NCBI GenBank assembly: GCA_034520885.1
Contig: JAXHNE010000005.1
Span: 13,748-77,747 of the forward strand
DNA: 64,000 bases
Source of the DNA: Candidatus Saccharimonadota bacterium
Lineage (GTDB): Bacteria > Patescibacteriota > Saccharimonadia > Saccharimonadales > JAXHNE01
Direction of reading: 5' to 3'
The notes under the pieces were generated by a model. The model worked only from the letters and a program-made list of their open reading frames with translations, did not search any database and was not told where the DNA came from. The position numbers were made by a program, and so were the translations under genes. Numbering within the stretch: position 1 is the first letter of the stretch; every line of letters begins with the position of its first letter. This document shows positions 36,713 through 43,889 of this stretch, one piece after another.

Positions 36713-37148
36713 GATCGCCTCCTCTCCTCGGATTTATTACCAAGCCGCTACTCGGAGCGAGCCGTTGCACGACTTTGGTAGCTACTTCCAGTACAAGAAT
36801 AGCACGAGAGACCTACGAACCCTTGCTTGCCGATTCATTCAAGTAGTCGATTAGTGAACGGACTACCAACACCCATCTGTCTCTGGTCTCGTGATTACGC
36901 TCAGCTGAACCAGCCGAATACTCCGGACGCTTGTGACGTTTGAGTAGCTGAATGAGGTATCGGTATGTCATGCCAGCCCGGCTGGCAGCGCGGGCATCAT
37001 CGGGGAGATGTAGAGGCACACAGAACGCTCGAACACTCACTACAGATGCGGAAAAGCCTCCACTTAAGTGAGATTCATCTCTACAGATTGGAGGTTCGAA
37101 TTAGTGCTAAACGGTACAGCTTAGTAGCTGAGGTTAGAACGCAATCTA

Positions 37149-37664
37149 TTATCGCTCCGCTTCATATTTTGCAATAACATCATCGTAAATCTTCAGGTCT
37201 TTTATTGAAAGTTTTTGAGGAGAGGAGCTGTATTTATGTATCCATTTCGCTGCATCTTCTACGCTGTCTGCCACATAATCAGATGATACTTTAAGAAAGG
37301 GGTGTACCCACTCATCCATCTTTACACCATGAAAAGTAGCATTAGTTTTCCGATGATGAGTGTCTTTGGGGATGACGGATACAACAGGTTTTCTGAAATG
37401 TTTTGCAATAATCATTTCCTGAGCAGTACCGGCTCCAATTTTTTGTTGAGCATCAACAACACAGACGTCAGCCTGTCTAATCATGGATAAGTCATGCCCC
37501 ACTACCATTTCAGCGCCAGCGTTATCGCTGATTGCATCACCATGTATAAACTCTGCATCGGGGAGCAGGTTCTTGATAGTTTCTATATATGGAATCTTCC
37601 AGTCAACCCAATTTTCACGAATATCGTCACCCTTTGGGATACTGCCTAACAAAACTATTTTCAT
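37149..37664 (-). CDS. Nucleoside 2-deoxyribosyltransferase-like (NDT/SLOG-type Rossmannoid) protein
   Basis: The start is set at ATG 37664 (MKIVLLGSIPKGDD...). HDLSMIRQADVCVVDAQQKIGAGTAQEMIIAKHFRKPVVSV matches the D..i..aD-vv...GTa.E.G.A...KPV pattern of NDT-like proteins. Confidence 0.6.
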   Translation of the reverse strand: MKIVLLGSIPKGDDIRENWVDWKIPYIETIKNLLPDAEFIHGDAISDNAGAEMVVGHDLSMIRQADVCVVDAQQKIGAGTAQEMIIAKHFRKPVVSVIPKDTHHRKTNATFHGVKMDEWVHPFLKVSSDYVADSVEDAAKWIHKYSSSPQKLSIKDLKIYDDVIAKYEAER

Positions 37665-37725
37665 AAAATGATTATAACAACTAAAGAAGTAGACGCCGTT
37701 CTGACGTCTACTGATCAATCTCGCG

Positions 37726-37744
37726 TGGTACACCCGACAGGATT
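37726..37744. repeat. 19-bp direct repeat of the tRNA-Arg 3' end (att-like)
   Basis: tggtacacccgacaggatt at 37726-37744 is identical to 37866-37884, the 3' end of the tRNA-Arg gene. Confidence 0.85.
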
Positions 37745-37865
37745 ACTATGGTATATTCCGCCCGTTTGCCAACAAGTTGGCGGGGGATTATCGAACCTTG
37801 ACGGTTCGGATTCGCTAACGCGAACCTACCAATGAAAAAGCCGACCGACCGGCCGACTCTTTCAT

Positions 37866-37942
37866 TGGTACACCCGACAGGATTCGAACCTGTGACCTCC
37901 TGTACCGCAAACAGACGCTCTATCCAGCTGAGCTACGGGTGC
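37866..37942 (-). tRNA. tRNA-Arg (anticodon GCG by hand folding)
   Basis: The reverse complement folds as GCACCCG TA GCTC AGCTGGATA GAGC G TCTGT TTGCGGT ACAGG AGGTC ACAGG TTCGAAT CCTGT CGGGTGT A CCA. Confidence 0.85.
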
Positions 37943-38208
37943 TTATCTAAAAAAGCAATTTTTCCATCCTTTACTATACGCTCAATATAATCTCGACGTT
38001 TCCAAGATTTAATTCGTTTCTCTGCCCACCTAGCCGTGGCGATGTCATTTACTTCTTGAGTAAATGCAAGCTTAAACTTGCCGAGCCTGTGCGTACTGTA
38101 AGTATGGCTTGAACTATACTGCGCTACCCTGCGTTTTATGTCATTCGTAGAGCCAACATAGTATCTACCTGAGTTGTAAAAGTACAGTATGTACACGCAA
38201 GCCATCAA
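37933..38208 (-). CDS. GIY-YIG nuclease superfamily protein (small stand-alone type)
   Basis: 91 aa. CVYILYFYNSGRYYVGSTNDIKRRVAQY carries the GIY...YxG...R motifs. The last 10 nt overlap the 5' end of tRNA-Arg. Confidence 0.75.
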   Translation of the reverse strand: MMACVYILYFYNSGRYYVGSTNDIKRRVAQYSSSHTYSTHRLGKFKLAFTQEVNDIATARWAEKRIKSWKRRDYIERIVKDGKIAFLDKHP

Positions 38209-38352
38209 TTCATAATACCAGCCCCGACGATTGTCGGGGCCCCGAAACTACAGCGGGGCAGAGCTACGGGAGCATATTTTCGCCATGAAAACGAGGCTTA
38301 TCATAGCATTTTCCCCGGATATTTACCACTGTTTCTGCTAAAATCTGTCTCT

Positions 38353-38442
38353 GGAGAGGTGACCGAGCGGTCGAAGGTGCTGCTCTCGAAAAGCAGTGTG
38401 CCCGCAAGGGCACCGAGGGTTCGAATCCCTTCCTCTCCGCCA
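38353..38442 (+). tRNA. tRNA-Ser (anticodon CGA)
   Basis: Hand-folded: acceptor GGAGAGG/CCTCTCC, anticodon arm CTGCT-CTCGAAA-AGCAG, long variable arm, TTCGAAT T-loop, encoded CCA. Confidence 0.9.
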
Positions 38443-38521
38443 TCCATCCTTCGCTAAAGCTACGGAGGATTACCAGGATAATGAGTCGAAGAACCATGAA
38501 AAGACGAATCCCACGCAGGAT

Positions 38522-39502
38522 TTAGTCGAAGAAAATACTCGCGGCCTGCGCGGCAACGAACAAAGCTATACCGATACCGGTAATAATTGCCGGCCATTTG
38601 GCTCTTTTGAGGATCGGTCTGTGGGGGCCAATTTGCTGCGCCATACTAAACGAGCGGCGTACGCTCGCGGTGCTGCCCAGAACCTCTTCCATGATGGTGA
38701 ACAGCGCCCGCAGCTTTTTCTCATTGTAGCGTCTTCCCCCGTCGTACACGTAGAGCGCGTTCTTATAAATTTCAATATCCGCGGGTTCATGGAGATCAAT
38801 CAGCGTTTGCATAACCGACGGGTTCAAAATCTGCAGCACCTCGATTTCATATTCCTTCGGTCCGAACACGTTAAAGTACTTGTTAAAATCTCCTTCCAGC
38901 TCCAGTTGTTGCGACCGGTCGAAATCCATCGAGCCAACGCTGCCGTCCTTTTTGTTGTCCAGCAAGATATGTGGCAAGGTTTTATCAAGCGTAATTTTTA
39001 CGGTGGTAAAGTAAGACGTCTTTTTATTTTTGCCGCTTCCGGTAGTGTACTGATAGTCAAACACCGAAAAGGGCCGGTCGTTCATGTGTCCGGTAATACC
39101 GTGCGAAGCTTTCCTGGAGCGGCCTTTTTGAAACAATATCCCCTGCTCATTATTCACGGTAAGCGTTTCGTCGTAACGAAAGTCGTTGTCCTTACAAAAT
39201 CGTTCTATTAACAGTGCTCGTTTTCCGCTCACGTAGAAGTTGTATCCGAATGAAAGAATCATCAGTAGCGGTATCATGACAATGAATAAAAACAGCGGGA
39301 GTGGCACTTCGCCACTCACGACCGCCCCTAAGAGAAAAACGAAGGGCGCCACGAGAACAATGATTCCAATAATGATCGCCGCGCCAAAGAGGTACTTTAC
39401 GACGTTATTTTTGTGGTTGTGATTAGCTGTTTTCAGGCGAAAATACTTCCGCAAGGAAGTCGAAACCGGGTATTTTTTATCGAAAGCCCCGTAGTCGGTC
39501 AT
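38522..39502 (-). CDS. Hypothetical membrane protein
   Basis: 326 aa with two N-terminal TM helices and one C-terminal TM helix. No family recognised with confidence. Confidence 0.6.
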   Translation of the reverse strand: MTDYGAFDKKYPVSTSLRKYFRLKTANHNHKNNVVKYLFGAAIIIGIIVLVAPFVFLLGAVVSGEVPLPLFLFIVMIPLLMILSFGYNFYVSGKRALLIERFCKDNDFRYDETLTVNNEQGILFQKGRSRKASHGITGHMNDRPFSVFDYQYTTGSGKNKKTSYFTTVKITLDKTLPHILLDNKKDGSVGSMDFDRSQQLELEGDFNKYFNVFGPKEYEIEVLQILNPSVMQTLIDLHEPADIEIYKNALYVYDGGRRYNEKKLRALFTIMEEVLGSTASVRRSFSMAQQIGPHRPILKRAKWPAIITGIGIALFVAAQAASIFFD

Positions 39503-40641
39503 TGCTCTCGATCCGGTTTCCGGTTTTTATTCGCGCTTTGATCTTCACGCGCCGCACTATTGGGATCCGGCACTTGGCCGTGCTCGGTGTTTTCATCAGT
39601 TGATTCACGGTTTTCCACGGACGTCTCGGGCGTTTCGCGTTCCGGCTTTTTCCGCGTTATAAACAAGATAACAATACCGATCACCAAATAAATGAGGGTG
39701 ATGATCGCCCCGCTGAGCAGAAGGTCTTTGCCCAGGCTATCCACCACGGAAGCCACGACGCCATCGAGTGTCCGGTCGTTTTGCGGGTCAAGCGTTGTTT
39801 TGAGTCCGTTCAGCGTGAAATGCGTAATGATTCCCGCGATTACCAACGAAACGGTGGTGCCAACAAATAGCTTTCCGAGTTTACGCGTGCCTTCCCGGCG
39901 AGTGTCATATAAAAATACGATTCCCGCGCCGGTAATGGCGGCCAAAACGCCCAAAATCCACGGAAGCTTTGTGAAGACGGCGAATAATGACGGGAGGTTT
40001 TGTGCGCTGTTAGTAGAATCATGGCGCTCCCCTTCTTTGAACAAATCTTCTCCGGTTAGCGTGGTATCAGGCAAAAACTCCTCACTTTGGCCGTATTCAT
40101 CAATGAATTTTTGTTTTTCGGCCGCCAGGTCGATCGGTGGCTTGCACGGAACGGTAAACGGGTCGAATTCCTCGTTTTGTAAGGCCCGAAGTTCTTGCGG
40201 AGAGCAAGGCTCCAAATCGTTGACACGCCCAAAGGCGTTGTCGGCAAGTGATTGAATTATCGTCTCTTTTTCCGCGGCCAAATTAATCGTGAAATCCGGA
40301 TACTCCGCTTCACCGTTGAGCCACACGTAGGTGCCATCGATCATGCGCTCCACGATGTTTTGCTTTTTGTCCGGAGGGAAAGCGCTGGCGATCGCCTCCC
40401 GCACGTGGGGATCATCGGGCGAGAGGCCGGCATCTTCTTCCGTTTCGTCCGGTGTAGCGGGTTGGAAATCAAATAACTCATGCAGTGGAATATCGTATGC
40501 GCCGGAGTCCTCTACGGCGGTCTTTGCGGGCTCCGGCGTACCGAACGTCAGTAACAGCGCGGTTGCCACCGCGAAACCGAATAACCCTAGGCGGCACCCG
40601 AGAACGCCCAGGCCACGAACGAGCTTTTTAAGAATGCGCAT
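39499..40641 (-). CDS. Hypothetical membrane protein
   Basis: 380 aa. N-terminal TM segment, exported acidic domain, three C-terminal TM helices and a charged tail. 4-nt overlap with the downstream gene. Confidence 0.6.
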   Translation of the reverse strand: MRILKKLVRGLGVLGCRLGLFGFAVATALLLTFGTPEPAKTAVEDSGAYDIPLHELFDFQPATPDETEEDAGLSPDDPHVREAIASAFPPDKKQNIVERMIDGTYVWLNGEAEYPDFTINLAAEKETIIQSLADNAFGRVNDLEPCSPQELRALQNEEFDPFTVPCKPPIDLAAEKQKFIDEYGQSEEFLPDTTLTGEDLFKEGERHDSTNSAQNLPSLFAVFTKLPWILGVLAAITGAGIVFLYDTRREGTRKLGKLFVGTTVSLVIAGIITHFTLNGLKTTLDPQNDRTLDGVVASVVDSLGKDLLLSGAIITLIYLVIGIVILFITRKKPERETPETSVENRESTDENTEHGQVPDPNSAAREDQSANKNRKPDREQ

Positions 40642-40660
40642 AAACTAATTCTAGCAGAGC

Positions 40661-41500
40661 CTAACAGTCGGCAATATTCACATAGGTTTTCTTGAACGCT
40701 AAATGATCGGATCCAATGTCGATGACTTCTCGCTGATCGAAGAGTTCGTCGCCACAGGCAAGGTCTACGTGGTCAATAGCTCTGGTTGGAGACCACGCCG
40801 GATGTGTGGGCGGGCCATAACTTACGCCTGCCGCTAAAACATCAAGCGACCAGGAGCCAACTTCGCTCTCCACGGCGTTTAAGTCGCCACAAAGATTAAC
40901 GTTCTCTTGGCGCTCCTCGGCTTTCCCCATAATCGCGTCGGCCTGTAAGGCTCGTTCTTGTTGGTTCAAGCCCAGATGGGTCGCAGTCATGAACAGCGAA
41001 TTTTGTTTGGTTTGCACCTCAAACATAATCGCGTTGCGCGGAATACCGGTTTCTGAATTGGGCAAGTATTCGACGTCAACGTTTAGTAGTGGTGGTTTGC
41101 TAAGGATGGCATTGCCGGATTCTCCATAAAAGGGATAGCGAGTCGTAGTCGCGTAGACGACGTTGTATCGTTCTTGTTCGTAAAGCTGTGTTAGCTCTTC
41201 ACCCTTCTTGACTTCTTGCAGGCAAACGATGTCGGGGTTGTATTCGTCCAGCGTGTCTTTAAAGGTTTCGAACAAAGGCATCCGGCCTTCGTCCCACCCG
41301 CGTACGTTAGCGGTCATAATGGTTAGTTCATCGTCGTCCAGGGGTTCGGCGGCTTCGTGGGTCATGACGGTGGTGTCTTCGGGGTACATGTATTCGTTGG
41401 CGCCCCAAGCGATGGTACCCAGCAAAGCGGCTTTGGCCAGGAAAGGTTTCCAGCCCTCGCGCACCACCTCTTTTAAAGATTTATTCGGTGTATTCTCCAT
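40661..41500 (-). CDS. Endonuclease/exonuclease/phosphatase (EEP) family protein, membrane-anchored
   Basis: LTIMTANVRGW, PDIVCLQEV and the terminal IGSDHLAF motifs are typical of the EEP fold. N-terminal TM segment. Confidence 0.8.
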   Translation of the reverse strand: MENTPNKSLKEVVREGWKPFLAKAALLGTIAWGANEYMYPEDTTVMTHEAAEPLDDDELTIMTANVRGWDEGRMPLFETFKDTLDEYNPDIVCLQEVKKGEELTQLYEQERYNVVYATTTRYPFYGESGNAILSKPPLLNVDVEYLPNSETGIPRNAIMFEVQTKQNSLFMTATHLGLNQQERALQADAIMGKAEERQENVNLCGDLNAVESEVGSWSLDVLAAGVSYGPPTHPAWSPTRAIDHVDLACGDELFDQREVIDIGSDHLAFKKTYVNIADC

Positions 41501-41610
41501 TGTTCGTCGATTTATAGCATCGCATGAAAACCCGTTTTGTTTCCATTGTATTTACCGCAATGCACCCTGTTCATAACGTACTGCGCGGGGTTTTCTGCTA
41601 CATTAAAAGC

Positions 41611-42006
41611 ATGGAAGATAGCATTTTTACCAAAATCATTAACGGTGATATTCCCTGCCATAAGGTATATGAAGACGACCGCGTGTTCGCCTTTTTGGAT
41701 ATTCACCCTATCCAGCCCGGACACACCTTGGTGGTGCCCAAAAAACAAATCGATCAGTTCGATGAGCTGAGCGAAGAAGATTACGAAGCGCTATTTGGCG
41801 CGGTGAAAGTGATCGCCCAAAAGCAAAAAGCGGTATTGGGTAAACCGCGTGCGTGCGTACGGGTCGAAGGCTTTGACGTGCCGCACGCCCACGTGCACGT
41901 TTATCCGTGTAATGATGCGCGGGAGTTTTATGGCGACCCCGACCGAGCGCAAAAAGAACCGGATCATGACGCCCTGGCCGAAGTGGCTCAAAAATTAGCG
42001 CTTTAG
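41611..42006 (+). CDS. HIT (histidine triad) family protein
   Basis: The start is set at ATG 41611 (MEDSIFTKIINGDIPCHKVYEDDRVFAFLDIHP...). Histidine triad VPHAHVHVYP. Confidence 0.9.
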   Translation: MEDSIFTKIINGDIPCHKVYEDDRVFAFLDIHPIQPGHTLVVPKKQIDQFDELSEEDYEALFGAVKVIAQKQKAVLGKPRACVRVEGFDVPHAHVHVYPCNDAREFYGDPDRAQKEPDHDALAEVAQKLAL

Positions 42007-42021
42007 TGCTAAACTGGAGAT

Positions 42022-42198
42022 ATGTCGAACGCACTTATCGGATTTTTGTTGGGAGCCGGCGTAGCCGCTTGGGTATATTCCAAAATGATGAGCAAAACCG
42101 GAAATAACACTAAACAGGCCATTACTACGGCGGCGATTGCCGCGGCCGTCGCGTTTTTGATGGTCGTTTCCCTGCTCAGCCTGGTGCCGTCAAACTAG
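42022..42198 (+). CDS. Small two-TM membrane protein (58 aa)
   Basis: Hand-found ORF with GGAGA upstream of the ATG at 42022: MSNALIGFLLGAGVAAWVYSKMMSKTGNNTKQAITTAAIAAAVAFLMVVSLLSLVPSN. Confidence 0.45.
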   Translation: MSNALIGFLLGAGVAAWVYSKMMSKTGNNTKQAITTAAIAAAVAFLMVVSLLSLVPSN

Positions 42199-42312
42199 TA
42201 AAATACGGCTAGTTTTTATTGGTTTTTACCCGTAAAAGCGGTATTATTATGCTATGGATCCCGTAAGGGTTTTCTTTCGGGTACGTGCAACTAATGGTGG
42301 AGAATAAATTTC

Positions 42313-43305
42313 GTGACTAGTGGGAGTTCTAACGGAACGGATGCGGAGCGCTCCGCGGAAAACGGGGTAAGCCGGGAGCGGTCTATTTCTGACGAGGCAA
42401 GCCACGTAGGAAATAGGGCAAGTCAAGGACTTGCCCGTGACGACCAAAGGTCTATTTCTGACGAGGCAAGCCTCGCCAAGGCGTTGAAGGCCGCGCGCAA
42501 AAACGCGGGGTTAACCCAGCAAGAACTGTGCGAAAAGGCGGATTTAAGCTATTCCACGCTCGCCAAAATTGAGCGCGGCGCCATTAAAGCGCCGTCCATT
42601 TTTACCATCGCGCACATCGCGGCGGTCGTCGGTTTGTCGCTGGACGAGCTTGTTGGCGATTCACTGGGCGGCGTTACTCCCAAAAAAACTTCTAAAAAGA
42701 TCTCCAAGGCCGGTACGCGGTTCGTGTACTTCGATATCAACGGTTGTTTGGTGCGCTTTTTCCACCGGGCGTTTGCCTCTCTCGCCGAACAAAGCGGCGC
42801 CAAGGCCGACGCCGTGGAAGCCATTTTTTGGCACTATAACGACACGGTGTGCCGTGGCGAAATGTCCATCGATGAGTTTAACGGCATTTTAAATAAAAAA
42901 CTGGGGTGCGAGAGGCTGGACTGGCGCGAGCACTACTTGGACGCCGTGGAGCCCATCGAGGAAATGACCGACCTGGTCAAATGGGCGGCCGAACATTATC
43001 ATATCGGGCTTTTGAGTAATATCATGCCCGGCTTGATCGCCGCCATGACCGAACGTGACATGTTGCCGCGCGCTGATTATGACGCGATTATTGATTCCTC
43101 ATCGGTCAAAGCCATAAAACCCGAACAGCATATTTTTGACGTGGCACTGGAAAAATCCGGCGTGGAACCCCATGAAATATTGTTCGTGGACGATTCGCGT
43201 ACCAACATTATGGCCGCCGAACGCGATGGGTGGAAGGTGATGTGGTTCGATGATTATCGGCCGGACGAGTCGGCGGAGAGAATCCGCAAAGCCCTAGAGT
43301 ACTAA
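42313..43305 (+). CDS. XRE-type HTH domain fused to a HAD-superfamily hydrolase
   Basis: HTH LTQQELCEKADLSYSTLAKIERG. HAD motif I FVYFDINGCLV and motif IV ILFVDDSRTNIMAAERDGW. The true start is uncertain (the track uses GTG 42313). The 5' region contains a 69-nt in-frame duplication. Confidence 0.75.
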   Translation: MTSGSSNGTDAERSAENGVSRERSISDEASHVGNRASQGLARDDQRSISDEASLAKALKAARKNAGLTQQELCEKADLSYSTLAKIERGAIKAPSIFTIAHIAAVVGLSLDELVGDSLGGVTPKKTSKKISKAGTRFVYFDINGCLVRFFHRAFASLAEQSGAKADAVEAIFWHYNDTVCRGEMSIDEFNGILNKKLGCERLDWREHYLDAVEPIEEMTDLVKWAAEHYHIGLLSNIMPGLIAAMTERDMLPRADYDAIIDSSSVKAIKPEQHIFDVALEKSGVEPHEILFVDDSRTNIMAAERDGWKVMWFDDYRPDESAERIRKALEY

Positions 43306-43650
43306 CAGAAGCTGACTGACCAGCTTCCCGTCAGGCACTTTTTGCATGGCCAAAAAGTGCCCCAAAAAGGCCACAGGCGCGAAAACCTCTTTATGATCTC
43401 ATTGTCAAAAAGCACAACGCTCGGACAACTCAAGCTTGCTTTATTGATTTCAGCCGACAAGCTTTCTAACAAGTCCTCGGCAGAAATTGTGCTTTTGACA
43501 CTCGCTCATCAGGAGGCTTTCGAAGCCTGGAAGCCAGGTGAACAACCGCCGAAGGCAGTTGTAGGTATATAAAACAAACTTGAGGCTTGTTTACTGGTTT
43601 TACCCGGATCGGCCAATAAGTTTGAGCAGAGCCTGGAACCCCTCGCCACC

Positions 43651-43832
43651 TACTTTTTACTTATTACTTTCCCCATCTTCTATCTTCCATCTTCTATCTA
43701 CCAAATTCCAACTTCCATCTTCCAACTCCTAGCACCTAAACCCTATCCATGAACTATGAACCCAGAACTCTTTCCTCAATCCTCAATCCCCGATCTCCTA
43801 TCTACTATCTACCAACTTCCACCTTCTATCTG
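43651..43832. repeat. About 180-bp orphan heptamer-periodic pyrimidine-rich tract
   Basis: The tract reads ccatctt ctatctt ccatctt ctatcta ccaaatt ccaactt ccatctt ccaactc ctagcac ctaaacc ctatcca tgaacta tgaaccc agaactc tttcctc aatcctc aatcccc gatctcc tatctac tatctac caacttc caccttc. No complementary arm lies nearby. Confidence 0.85.
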
Positions 43833-43851
43833 CGCCTCTGTTAAATGATAA

Positions 43852-43889
43852 TAATACTAGAATTAATACTAGTATTAATTCTAGTATTA
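43852..43889. repeat. Perfect 38-bp AT-rich palindrome overlapping the valS stop codon (possible bidirectional terminator)
   Basis: taatactagaattaatact|agtattaattctagtatta. The two halves are exact reverse complements, and 43887-43889 is the valS TAA. Confidence 0.8.

Noticed and set aside
36813-37040. 75-aa ORF between the NDT-like and TIR genes (…AGMTYRYLIQLLKRHKRP…), possibly a small HTH or excisionase-like protein or an integrase remnant.
   Set aside because: No ribosome-binding site or family motif that I can defend. It is kept only as a note because it lies inside the putative islet.
37745-37865. The 121-bp segment between the two 19-bp tRNA-Arg repeats, considered as a complete miniature insertion (MITE).
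   Set aside because: It contains only a hairpin (ccaatgaaa...tttcattgg) that may simply be the tRNA terminator. I cannot distinguish a tiny element from the remnant of a larger island by inspection.
43342-43572. 76-aa plus-strand ORF in the HAD-valS gap.
   Set aside because: No ribosome-binding site, odd composition, and it overlaps hairpin-forming sequence (ggcacttttt...aaaaagtgcc). It is more likely non-coding.
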